Of a stretch of 64,000 bases of DNA, positions 24,666 to 37,655 are shown piece after piece (position 1 is the first letter of the stretch; each line of letters starts with the position of its first letter). The stretch is taken from positions 27,835,458-27,899,457 of the forward strand of contig NC_057719.1 of NCBI RefSeq assembly GCF_004010195.1, in the 5' to 3' direction. The stretch is from Chiloscyllium plagiosum. Lineage: Eukaryota. Under the pieces are notes generated by a model. That model did no database searches. It was not told the origin of the DNA and was given only the letters and a program-made list of their open reading frames with translations. The translations under genes and the position numbers were made by a program.

Positions 24666-25783
24666 ATTTCAATTGTTGGTAAATGGGATTAGGTTTAAGG
24701 TCAGGTGGTTCTCATGTGAATTGTTCTGAAGAAGTGTCACTGAACTGGAAACATTAATTGTACTTTCCTTCCACAGATGCTTCCAGACCTCACTCTCCCA
24801 CCACAATTTCTGTCTAAACGTGATTACTGGAAACAAAAACATCGCTGAAGTACCTCTGATTCTGAAGTTTGAACTCTTGGTTCTACTTAATAAAACTTCC
24901 AATCCAATTAGCCACCATGCTAGGCAAACAGAACTGGTCAAGAAGCCTTTGTTACTGCCTATCCTCCATTGTAGATCTAGTGTTCAATAGCCAAACAGCT
25001 CTGTTGATTATTTCTTTACATTGAAAGGCATGCTCAGCATCTAGTCTGCTAGAATTCAGAGATCTCCACTTTTCTCAAGGTCAACTAGGGATGGACAAAA
25101 AATGCTGGCCAGCCAGCAATGCCCATATCTCACTAATGAATAATAAAAAAGTCCCTTCCAAAGATACAGCAACATCATGCCTGTTTGTCAGAATTTTCCC
25201 ACAATGTGCAAACTTTACATTTGGCTTCATTATATTTCATGAGATCATTTTGCCCAAATACTTTCTGCAATTTGTTACATTTTACAATATCACATCTTAC
25301 TCCCATCAACTAATTTTCTTTTTTACCCATAGAATTTAGTTTCAGAACTTTGAATTTAAATTATAGCTTCTCGTCCAATAGTCTGTCAATCATTTTTTGC
25401 ATCACAAGGTCTACAATATAATGGGCTTACCACTTTCTCAAAGAAAGCAGGATCTGAACTACACAACATTTCAAGTCAGAGTAAGTCAAAGATTAAATGA
25501 AAGACAGGGACAACATATGCACAGGAACACACATAACTTGGCAATATGTTGCAATCTCCCTCTACTGCTAGTTCTAAATCCTGAAGCTCCTTTCCTTGTA
25601 GCACTGTGGTCCTACCAAACATCACATGGAAAGGTGATGTTGAGCAGTCTTCCTGACCTGCGTTTGTGCAAGGGCAATGAGGGACAGACAATAAATGCAG
25701 GTCATGCCAGTGATGCTTAGATTCCATAAAAGAATAAATATTAAAAACTGTTAATTTAATGATCTTACAAACTAGCTTCTCAC

Positions 25784-25896
25784 CTTCCATGTTGCAGACT
25801 TGATATTAACAGTGCGTCCTCGGCTTGTTAAAGTACACTTCATCCTTAAGAAGAAATTGCGCTCAGTGTTCTGATCCTTCCCCTTCTTCAGAAGTC
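25784..25896 (-). CDS. HIF1A: HIF1A exon 5
   Basis: tttag|GACTT...TGGAAG|gtgaga, 113 nt. [37 protein letters not shown]. Confidence 0.95.
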
Positions 25897-26696
25897 CTAA
25901 ATTGCAGAAATGACAATAAGTTACTAACATGTACTTGGCAAACTCAAGTAATCAAAATAACACCGCAAGGTTTAAAACAAAATAAGTTATTGAATCAAAA
26001 AAATAAACAGAATTTTCTTGTTCTACATTTCTTTTGCCAAACAATTAAAAACAAACATTCCTAACCTTGCTTTATTAAATTATCACTTAAAGTACAGGTT
26101 AACAAAATCATTTTTAAAAAATTAAGCAATAGGCTTTATTTCCAAACCTATATTCAATCTGGTTAAGCCACACAGAGGGAAGTGAGGACTGCACACACCG
26201 GAGAGTCAAAGTCTGGCGCTGGAAAAGCACAGCAGGTCAGGCACTATCCAAAAATCAGGAGAGTCGACATTTTGGGCATAGATAGAAAAGCACAGAAGGC
26301 AGAAAGTTTTGGCAGCAGATTAAGGAAAGGTAGAAGGAAGTACAAATAAAGCAGAAACACCAGCATGAACTAGTTAGGCCAAATGGCCTGTTTCAGTATT
26401 TCTATGCTACTAATCCCATGTAAACAATGAGCATCATTTGAATTTCTATAACAGTAAAAAAAGGCCAAATACCAAAATAAACATCAGCTCAGATAGTCAT
26501 TCACTGCAAAATGTATCCCATGGCATCAGACTGAATTTTTTTTTTCCCAAAAGTATTCACAGGATATGGACATCACTGGCTAGGCCAGCATGCATTCATT
26601 GATCATTTCTAATTGTACAGAGGATAGTTGAGAGTCAACCACATTGCTATGGGTCTGCTGTTATATGTAGGCCAGACAAGATGAGGATGGCAGATT

Positions 26697-27850
26697 TCCA
26701 CTACAAATCCAATGACTCCCACAGTTACCTTGTCTATACATTCTCACACCCTACTTCCTGTAAAGAATCTATGACGTTCTCCATTGCATCTGTTCTGAAA
26801 AGGAGACCTCAGGAATGTCCACCTTCTTTCTCAACCAAGGATTCCCCAGAGCAATTGACAGGCCCCCAGTCACATGAAACAACCATCACCCCCCACAACA
26901 GCATTAGAGTTCCCACTGTTCATCTCACCAGCAGCCACAGGATCATTTAGGTGCTACTTGCCACCACCCCCAGTGTGATGCCACCACCATATCTCCCTCC
27001 CCTCCCTAGTTAGCCTTGTGCAAGGACCATTCACTCCAGGACATCTTGTTCCACTCTTCCTTCACTCCCAAAGTGTCCACACACCCCCACAGCACCTTCC
27101 CTGCAATCGCAGAAGATGTAACATCTGCCAGAGTACTTTCTCCCTCCTCACCATCCAAGGCCCCAAACACAACTTCCAGGTGAGGCAGCACTTTACCTGC
27201 AGTTCACACAGTCTAGTCTAGCATATTTGCTGCTTACGAAGTGGTCTCCTCTAACTGGGGAAAACGAAATGCAAACCAGGTGACAGAATGTAGGTGTTCT
27301 ACAAGAATTCTGCAACTGTGATTCTGAGATTCCAGCTGCCTGTGATTTCAACATACCATCATGTTCGTTGGCCAACAACTGTCTCAGGCTTGCTGCAGGT
27401 GAAGCTCACTGCTCATTTTTTGCTTGGGAACTCAGCAGCCTACTTGACTCAATATAAAGTTCAACAATTTTAGGGACTGAGCGCCTCCCCCAAACTCCAC
27501 ACATCAAGCCTTGTTATCATCACATGGGCTGCTTCCACATAACCCTTTGTCATAGTCCCCACTCACAGCTATTCATTCTCTCGGGCTAACCTTTACCCAC
27601 ACCTTTGGGTCTGTCCAATGTTTTTCTCTCTCTACCTTTCACTCCATTTTTAACTCCTCTCCCCTCCCCAACCTCAGCTTTTGAATAAATACCAACCTTG
27701 TCCTAGGTACCATCAGTTCTGAAGGTTCACTGAACCCAAGATGTTAACTCTGCTTTCTCTCCACAAATGCTGCCAGACCAGCTGAATGTTTTTAAAGCAA
27801 TTTGTGTTTTGCTTTCCGATTTCCAGCATCTGCAATTCTTTCCGATTTTG
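26697..27850 (+). mobile_element. Penelope-like element 3' fragment (RT thumb + GIY-YIG + pLTR), interrupting a minus-strand SINE
   Basis: YKSNDSHSYLVYTFSHPTSCK and PCNRRRCNIC...TIQGPKHNFQVRQHFTCSS. The terminal repeat has a decayed hammerhead at about 27715-27750. Confidence 0.85.
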
Positions 27851-29438
27851 GCCGATCTCCTTGCCTGAAGGAGATTAGCGAGCCAGGTGAGTCTTTATGA
27901 CAATCAACAATGGTTTTGTGGTCATCAGTACATTCTTAATTTTGCACTTTTTAAATTGGGTTCAAAACTAACCATCTGCCATGACAGGATTTCAACCCAG
28001 GTCCCAAGAACATCAGCTGGTTTCTGCACTAATAATCTTGCAATAATATCACTCAGCCATTGTCTCCCTTTCATGATCAAGACATTAGGCAGATGCAGAT
28101 TGAGCAGCTAATTAGAAATGCTGATGCAAGAATCCAATAGACATTCAAACTCCAAAAGGCTAAAGTGAAGTTAAACTTTAATCTAATCAAATAATTCAAC
28201 AGAGTCTGGGCTTCAGCTCAACTCCATTTTGACACTATTGTCTGCGTGCAATGCAAACTAGTATCAAATTATAACTCAATATGAAGAAACTTGATATGCA
28301 ATGTCAAAGAGATAAATAACGTGGTTGCAATGCCAACCTTTGCTTTGACCAGACTCGAACTTGGGCCTCAATCATAAATATGTAGTTACAGTTGCTTACA
28401 GCAATTTAAAGTTAGGAGTTCTTTTAGCCAATGTGATCAGCTGTCAAACAGCTTTACTACTGACTTACAGATGGATTGGTTGTATAACAGGAAAAAAACC
28501 TGACAAATATCACTAATAGCACACACTGAGCTCCAGAGATTTAATCAAAGCACGTTGTTATAGTCATTAACCTAGCAACTGTACATAAGGTTTACCCATT
28601 AAAATCAGCCATGTGCATCTTGCTGTGTTTCTCTTTCCTGCCCCCACTTCCCCAACTAGCATTTACGAGGCAAGAAGTTAAAGCTGTATTCATTCTTTAC
28701 CAAGAGCGCAAAGGCCAGATTTGGAAGTTAGGTACAGATCTAGCTTGTAGCTTTGCTTCTTAAAGCACAACAGTGAAGAGCCAATAAGATGTATTAAAGA
28801 TTAACTGCAAATAATTATTTAGTACCAAATACAAAAAAAGAAGTGGTCATAAATGTATACCAAATTGGCAAAATCATAAAGAAATTATTTGGACAATAAC
28901 AGAACATTGATAGTGATGCAATATGGTTTCTGGTTGAGGTCAAAGTTCAACTCTAGTGTTAGGACATATGGCTGCACTATTCCTGAACTAAAGTAACATA
29001 AACATTGGATTGATGCCAAGCATGGAGATCTCCTCGACTGATTGGCAGCCATTCCTGAGGTCTACCCACCTTTCTCTACCACCTTCATGTGCCTTCTCCT
29101 GCCTGCAAGATTTTTAATACTTTGCTCCTCTCTGCTAATCTTCAAACAGATTTGAATATTGTGCATTAAATTAGTGCATTAAATTAGTCCATCAAAAAGC
29201 AGCATTAATTATATGTGCAGTTAAGAACATGTTAAATTCCTTGCAACAGGAAATGAATGTTGAAACAGAGGTCTTGAACAAGACTGAACAAACCTGGAAT
29301 GCTAGAGTACACTCATTATTTTGCAGTACAAATGATAAATGTGTAGCACTGCAAAAGACTGTGGGGTATGAATTGCTGGGTGTCCAAGGCAGGGACTTGG
29401 TGCAACTAAATGACTAAGTCAACAGCTGTGTACACTTA

Positions 29439-29555
<117 letters not shown>

Positions 29556-29882
29556 TTAACAAAAGGGAAAACAAACACTAGTCACAGGTATTCAAAAATG
29601 CATCAAATACTTTTCAAAAATTGCAGTTAACATCGAGCTTCTGCATTTGTACACAGTTCGAAAAAAATTATTTAGACAAGTCTGATTTTCTAAACTTTAT
29701 TTGGCTACGGCACTGCTAAAGAGTAAAAATTGATATTCAAAATGTTAAACACTTATTCCACTAAATGAATTTAAAAGTATGACATTTTCAACTTTTGCCA
29801 TTTAGTCATCCTGCCTTTGCACTGAAAAGTATTACAAATCATATTAAACCTATTCAGAGTAGACAAATATGAACATCTTTAC

Positions 29883-30028
29883 CTGGGTGAGTCCCATGCA
29901 CTTGTTTACATTCTCAGACATGTAGATCATGTCCCCATCCTGTGTCAACACCATGACAAATCCTTCTAGGGCCTTCAAGTAAAAGCTGTTTAGTTGTTCC
30001 TCCAGGTCAGCTTCCACCTCCATATCTC
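29883..30028 (-). CDS. HIF1A: HIF1A exon 3, PAS-A start
   Basis: tgtag|GAGAT...ACCCAG|gtaaag, 146 nt. [48 protein letters not shown]. Confidence 0.95.
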
Positions 30029-30159
30029 CTACACAGGCAAGATAAGTGTAACTTGATTTTAAAAGGGAATTTAACAGATTTAAACTTCAAATAAATACTT
30101 CATTTTCACAGAGAAAGCTCTCATTTATACAGCACCTTATCATACTTAAAAATAAATAT

Positions 30160-30900
30160 TTTATTATAAATGCTATTAAGAACTGACACTCAGCTAAAAC
30201 TGGATCCAGACAATATTCGGGCTTGGGCTGAAAAGTGGTAACTAACATTTGCGTTACACAAATACCAGGCAATGACCATTTCTAATAAGAGATAATTTAA
30301 TCACCTCCCCTTGACATTACCGTCACTGAATTCCTACAACCATCACTCTTGGGGGTTACCATTGACCAGGAGCTCAACTGCACTTGCCATATAAATAAAT
30401 TGACTGAAACAGCGGGTCAGCTGTTAGAAATACCACAGTGCATAATTCACTACCTGACTTCCCAAAGCAGAATACTCCCCCATTACTTGGATGGGTGCAG
30501 CTCCAACAAAACTCAAGAAGCTTGACACCATTCAGGGACAAAGCAGCTTGCTAGACTGTCACTACAGCTACACTCATTACTTCCATCACTGATGTTCACT
30601 AGCAGAGTGTGTACCATCTACAAGATGCATTGCAGCAATTCACCAAGGTGCCTTAGACAGGTCCTTCCAAACCAACAACCATTGTTATCTCGATGGGCAA
30701 GGGGAACAGATACATGGTAACACTATCTATTCACCATCCTGACTTGGAAATAAATCACTATTCCTTCATTGTGATTGGGTCAAACTCCTGCAGCTCCCTT
30801 TCTATTGGCATTGCCACAGCACCATGGCAACCAGGAACAGGCAATAATTGCTGTCCCAGACATCAGTATCCGCACTCCACAAATGAACAAAAAATAAACG
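30160..30900 (+). mobile_element. Degenerate LINE (CR1/L2-clade) 3' fragment
   Basis: RT C-terminal remnants (WAEKW.LTF, LGVTIDQEL); 3' tail shared with the second SINE family. Confidence 0.6.
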
Positions 30901-31084
30901 GAAACTTTTTTGCCTGTTGTAAAATCACTTGAAATTAATGAACCATTGACTTGTTTTTAGATGATACCAGCTTGAGGTATTATCAGTCAAAAAGGGAAAT
31001 TTTGAATCCCATAGCTCATGGGATTTAATGGTCACTTGAACACTAATTCATCACTATCCATTTTTCATGCAACTATCCAGGATT

Positions 31085-32612
31085 AGAGTCAGAGTCATAG
31101 AGATGTACAGCACAGAGACAGACCCTTTGCTCCAACTCGTCCATGCCAACCAGATATCCCACCCTAATTTAGTCCCATTTGCCAGCACTTGGCCCATATC
31201 CCTCTAAACCTTTCCTATTCATATACCCATCCAGATGCCTTTTAAAATGTTGCAATTGTACCAGCCTCCACCACTTCCCCAGGCAGCTCATTCCATATAC
31301 GCATCACCCTCTGAAAATGTTGCCCTTTAGGTCCCTTTTATATCTTTCCCCTCTCACCCTAAACCTATGCCCCCTAGTTCTGGACTCCCCCACCCCAGGG
31401 AAAAGACCTTGTCTAATTTATCCTATCCATGCCCCTCATGATTTTATAAATCTCTAAGAGGTCACCCTTCAGCCTTCCACACTCCAGGGAAAACAGCCCT
31501 AGCCTATTCAGCCTCTCCCTATAACTCAAATCCTTCAACCTTGGCAACATCCTTGTAAATCTTTTCCAAACCTTTTCATGTTTCACAACATCCTTCCGAT
31601 AGGAAGGAGACCAAAATTGCAGGCAATATTCCAAAGGTGGCCTAACCAATGTCCTGCACTGTCGCAACATGACCTCCCAACTCCTGTACTCAATGCTCTG
31701 ACCAATAAAGGAAAGCATACCAAATGCCTTCTTCACTATCCTATCTACCTGCGACTCCACTTTCAAAGAGCTATGAACCTGCACTCCAAGGTCTCTTTGC
31801 TCAGCAACAGTCCACATGACCATACCATTAAGCGTACAAGTCCTACAAGATTTGCTTTCCCAAAATGCAGCACCTCACATTTATCTAAATTAAACACCAT
31901 CTGCCACTCCTTAGCCTATTGGCTCATCTGATCAAGATCCTGTTGTAATCGGACGTAACTTTCTTCAACATTCTGTACACCTCCAATTTTGGTGTCATCT
32001 GCAAACTTACTAACTATACCTTCTATGCTCGCATCCAAATCATTTGTATAAATGATGAAAATTAGTGGACCCAGCACCGATCCTTGTGGCACTCCACTGG
32101 TCACAGGCCTCCAGTTTGAAAAACAACCCTCCACCATCACCCTCTGTTTTCTACCTTCGAGCCAGTTCTGTATCCAAATGGCTAGTTTTCCCTATATTCC
32201 ATGAGATCGAATCTTGCTAACCAGTCTCCCATGGGGAACCATGTTGAACACCTTACTGGAGTCCATACAGTTCATGTCCACTGCCCTGCCCTACTCAATC
32301 CTTTTTGTTACTTCTTCAAAAAACTCAAATCAAATTTGTGAGACATGATTTTCCATGCACAAAGCCATGTTCATACCCCCAATCAGTCCTTGCCTTTCCA
32401 AATACATGTAAATCCTGTCCCTCCAACAATTTGCCCACCACCGACATCCGGCTCACCAGTCTATAGTTCCTTGGCTTGTCCTTACCAGCTTTCTTAAATA
32501 ATGGTACCACATTAGCCAACCTCAGTCTTCTGGCACTGACATCAGTGACTATTAATGATACCAATATATCTCAGCAAGGAGCCCAGCAATCACTTCTCTA
32601 GCTTCCCACAGA
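31085..32612 (-). mobile_element. CR1-type LINE (HER1-like), 5'-truncated
   Basis: ORFs [33 protein letters not shown]...SKFADDTK and QRDLGVQVH. Confidence 0.92.
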
Positions 32613-33301
32613 GAAAATAATGAAGTTGCAGCACTTCAACACAAAATTTCCTGAGGAAATAGGGCAAGTATAACTAGAGAAAAATTGTTACAATTGGTCA
32701 ATTCACTCAAAATTACACTTAAAATGAAGAACTAGCTCCTGCACTTATGGAGTAAGGTATTCCAAGGCTCTTCACAACCCCAATCAGACAAACCTTGATA
32801 TTTGAGCCACCAGATCAAATTACGAAGTACATATATTTTATAGGAACAATTAAGAAAAAATGGTAAACATTTAAGGAAGGAATTCCTCGGTCTAGGCATC
32901 TGATGGCAATGCTGGCAATAGTGAAGCAATTAAAATCATAGACGTGTAAAAGGACAGAATTAGAAGATGCAGTTGCAGGGCAGTATGAGGTTACAGAGTT
33001 AGAGAGCGAGAGCGAGACTGCTTAGTGAAAAGCCAACATAAATCCCCCATTTAATTGGTGTTTGGATAACTGATCTGCGCAAATATCCAGAGGATGAAGA
33101 TGGAAAGCTGGCCGCGGGTCCATTAGAATAGTACATTTTGATGCAACCAAAGGCATGGACAAGGATTTCAGCAGTAGATGGCAGAAATGAATAATGTTAT
33201 GGATGTGATATGGAGAGGCAGCAGCATCTTTGTTATGTCACCAGAGTACCAATCCACAATCCCAGGCCAACACTTTAGAAACATGGCCTCAAAACCTATC
33301 A

Positions 33302-34626
33302 GAGAGAAAAGGAAACTGCAGATGCTGGAATCCAAAATGGACAAGCAGGAGGCTTGGTGAGCACAGAAAGCCAGGCAGCATCAGGAGGTGGAGAAGTCCG
33401 ACGTTTCAGATATAATCCTTCTTCAGGAATGCAGGTGGAGGTAGGGGGAATTGCAGATAAAGAGAGGGGGAAGAGGAAAGGTTACGCGTGGGGAAGAGAG
33501 GTGGAGTAATGAGGTGCTGGTGAGTGAGTACACAGGTGGTAGGTATGACCTGGTGGTCGAGTGGAGGACTGAATCCGGTTGGAGGAATGGAAGGAGAAAA
33601 CAGGGCTGGGAAGGGAGTCAGGGGATGGGTGGCAAGGTTATTTGAATTTGGAGAACTCAAATGTCGACTCCTTCCGCCTGTAGGCTGCCCAGGCAGATGA
33701 GGTGTTGTTCCTCTAATGTGTAGTCTGATTCACTATGGCAATGGAGGAGACCAAGGATGGACATGTCAGAGAGGAAGTGGGAAGGAGAATTGAAATGGGT
33801 GGTGGGCCGAAGTCGGGCTTGCCCTTACAGGCCAGGCTGAGATGCTCAATGAAAAGTGTCATTAGTTTACCTTTGTTCTCACCAATGTACAGAAGACTAC
33901 ATCGGAAGCACCGGGTGCAATAAACTAGGTTGGAGGGGAGGCAGGTGAACCTCTGTCTCATCTGGAAGGCCTTTTTAGGGTCCTGAATGGAGGTGAGGGA
34001 GGTGGTGTGCCAGCAGATTTTGCATCTTTTACAATCCAAAATGTGCCAGCATATAACCTCCTTCACCTCCAATCTAGTTTACTATATCCAGTGCTCCCAC
34101 AAAGTGGTCTTCTCTGCATCAGTGAGACCAAACGTAAACTACAGGCATGTTTCGCTGAGCATCTCAGCTGGGTGAATAAAGGCAAGCCTAAACTTCTTGT
34201 CACCGCCCATTTCAATTTCCCTTCCCACTCCCTCTCCTACATGTCCATCCATTGTCTACACCATTGCCACAGTGAACCACAAATTGGAGGAACACCATCT
34301 CATCTTCTGCCTGGGCAGCCTACAGTTTGGAGAACTCAATATGGAGTTCTCCAATTTCAAATAACCTTTCCATCCATCCTGACTCCCTTTCCAGCCTCGC
34401 CTCCTCCCTTCCAACCGACCCCTCCTTCCAGATTCTACCAACCAGATTCATTTCTCCAGTCAACCTATCAGGTTGTGCCCACTACCTGTACTCCCTACCT
34501 CACCACCTCACCACTCTGTCCCTCTCCCCACCCATAACCCTAAGCACCCCCCCCGTTTATTTGCAACTTCCCCGACCCTCACCTGCATGCCTGAAGAAGG
34601 ATTACACCCAATACATAGGACTTCTC
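33302..34626. mobile_element. Inverted (fold-back) Penelope-like element: two GIY-YIG/pLTR arms in opposite orientation
   Basis: Minus arm RFTCLPSNLVYCTRC..CSLLYIGE; plus arm FTSNLVYYIQC...LLCISETKRKLQACFAEH. Hammerhead motifs at 33396-33430 (-) and 34590-34620 (+, decayed). Degenerate TSD at 33290-33301 and 34627-34638. Confidence 0.85.
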
Positions 34627-36011
34627 CAAATTCTATCATGGCAGATGGTGAAGTTTGAATTCAGTTAAAAAATCTGGTATGAAGAGCTGCCCAATGGTAA
34701 CTACATAATCATTGTTGATTGTTGTGAAATCACACCTGGTTCACCAATGTCTTTTAGTGCAAAAAAGCCACAATCCTTATCTGGTCTGGCTAACGCGTGA
34801 CTCTCAGCCCACAGCAATATGGTTGACTCTTAACTGCCCTCTAGCCAATAAATGTTGACCTAGATAGCAAAACTGACATTACATGAATGAATTTAAAAAG
34901 TGCACAGTTTTGATGATGGATCAGATTGTGTTATTGGAAATTTATCAAGGTCGTGAACAGGCCACATCAGTACCAGACAACTGCCAGGGAGAAGTACAGA
35001 GTCCATTATGACAGAATGTAATTAGCATAAACTACCAAAATTAAAAAAAAACACTTTTCAAGCAGGCTTACATGACAAATAATGTAAACAATTTCAGAGG
35101 CTCTCACATCAGTTGTATTGACAAATGTTTATTGACAAATGAGAAACAGTGAAAAAAATTAGAGAATACAACTCAAACTAAGATTAATATGCTACTCAGA
35201 GCATAATGATCACAAAATGAAAGGAAGCAGACAAAAATCACAGAAATCTAGGGTGACACGCTAGGGCAGTACTGACAGTATACTGTACTGAAGATGTGCT
35301 TTCTGACAGACCAGCCTTGGAACAGAGGCTATTTTTATGTTTGATCTGTTCAAGGCTATCTGTAAGCAATCATTTTGTGCAGAAACCCTGTCCAAAAGAT
35401 TTGTATGGATACAGAGAAAGAGAATAGAATTGCTGTCTCGGAAGGGAGGTGGGGATAGATTAAACTTAAGCTGGCACTAGACGTTTACTTGGACGTAAAT
35501 AACGTTTGTGAATTTTGTGGGGGGAGGAGAAATAAAGCAGGCGATTGGCATTATGTAATGATGTTCATTTGAAGAACCGGTGCAGACATGATTTGAAATA
35601 TCAACCCCTTCTGAAAGTCACACTTCTGTGAGTCACATCAATCTGCCAACATTCTTTAACAAATTAACATTTTATGACAAAAGATATAAATACCTTAAGA
35701 ATCACATCGTCAGCAAAAAGAATAATTTAACATTATCCCAGCAATATTCTAGGTCCTCAATCCAGTGAAATATGACTCCTATTTTCACTCCTTAATTTCA
35801 AACTTAACTCTCAGGACACCAGGTCCGCTAATCCGTCATCAGGTGAAGTGAAAAGAAGCCAACAGGCATTGAATTAATAGGCAGACAGATCAAAATGGTG
35901 TATTGAACAGGCTAAATAATAAGTCTTTGCAAGTGATAAAGTGTCAGACTGCATAGTAAAGTGTCATCAGCTGAACAGTAAATTAAGGGACGACGGATAA
36001 TCCGATTGATT

Positions 36012-36848
36012 TGGACTCACAGCGAGGAATCACTAAAATGACTACATACTGACACTAACAAATTTCATCCTGCCATCACATTTACCACGGATTACTCTTC
36101 AGAATCAGTCTCATTCTTGGACATACTCATCTCTATTAAGGAAGACACCTCAGTATCTCATTCTACCACAGGCCCGCAGATAACTAGAGAAGTGCAGTGT
36201 TGTGAGGTTTTCAACCTAAACATGTTCAAGAAAACATCACCTACTGACAAGCCCTGCGTATACACAGGATCTGTTCAGATGAGGAGGAATGCAATGGACA
36301 CTTAAAAATGCTGAAGAGACACCCTTGTAAGAACTCAATCGCCAGTTCCGATGTGCCAGAGCGAAAAACCGCAATGACCTCCACAGAACACAGACACAGG
36401 TCATAACTGATAGAGTGCCCTTCTTCTTTCAGTATTTCTCCGGAGTGGAGAAACTACACCATCTTCTTTTCAGCCTTCATGTCATTGATGACAAAAAACA
36501 TCTCGCCAAAGTCATCCCTACGCCTCCAAACAATCGCCAAATCTTAAACAGACCATTGTTTGCAGCAAATTAGTCAGCCTTCTGGTCATCAACCACAACA
36601 CCATACAACCCTATCAGAGCAACCTCTGCAAGACATACCAGATCATCACACACTGGAACACCACCCACCACATACATGGCAGATACTCATGATTCTGCCA
36701 ATGTGGTTTACCTCATACACTGCACGCAAGGATGCCCCAAGGTATGCCATATTGGGAAGACCATACTGATGCTGTGACAATAGATGAATGGACACCACGC
36801 AACAATTGTCAGACAGGAATGTTCCCTGCCAGTCAGGGAACACTTCGG
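36012..36848 (+). mobile_element. Penelope-like element fragment of a second family (RT + GIY-YIG)
   Basis: Frameshifted WTH.EESL...NKFHPAITFTTDYSSESVSFLDILISIK and DSANVVYLIHC.QGCP..IG motifs. Confidence 0.75.
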
Positions 36849-37464
36849 AGGTTAAGGATATGGTGTAACGTTTTGTGGGTTTTTAACGGAAAGGTGCACA
36901 ATGCAAAACTGAAAGCAAAACAAAGTGCTCATCAATTCAAGTGATTTCCATCATTTAAAGTTAGGAGAAGGAGGGGCATTTCAACAACACAGCCTTTAGA
37001 AAACAATCTCAAAGCAACTGCTGGGATTTCCACGGTTCAGTAGAATGATGAAGGTGATGGTTGATAGCTTGACTTATCAGTACCTTCCCACAATCCAGTC
37101 AATAATATTGCAAACATGTCAAGCAATACTCCATTTTGCGTAAAATAAATGAAGTCATGCTGTGCCAGTACAGAGACACAGTTGTTTCCTTGAGATACAA
37201 GGAAGCAAAAATAGATTAACAAATGCATGTTGAACTTTTCCCTTATTATTTAGTGGAAAATAAGTTATGTAGCAACTTACATAAAAATCTACATAACTTC
37301 CTAAAACTATTAGAATTTGGGTATAAAAAAACTTTGTATTTTTACTTCATCTTTCATACGTCTTCAGAATATTCCAAAGTACTTCACAGCCAGTAAATTA
37401 GCTTAGATTCATAGTCACTTAAGCAAAATTGTTAGCTACTTCAAAAGTACAACAAATTACTCAC

Positions 37465-37655
37465 CAGCATTGAGCAATTTCCTCATGCGTAGGTAACTGA
37501 TAGTCAGCCTCATAATAGAGGCTTTATCTAGATGAGAAGTGACACTATGAGGAAGAGGGAGTTCACGAGCCAGCTCATAAAAGACTTCCGACTCTTTGCC
37601 TCTTCGGAATCTGGCAGCATCACGAGATTTCTCCTTTCTTCTCTCGGAACTACCA
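37465..37655 (-). CDS. HIF1A: HIF1A exon 2, bHLH
   Basis: cccagcag|TGGTAGTTCC...AATGCTG|gtgagt, 191 nt. [63 protein letters not shown]. Confidence 0.95.
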
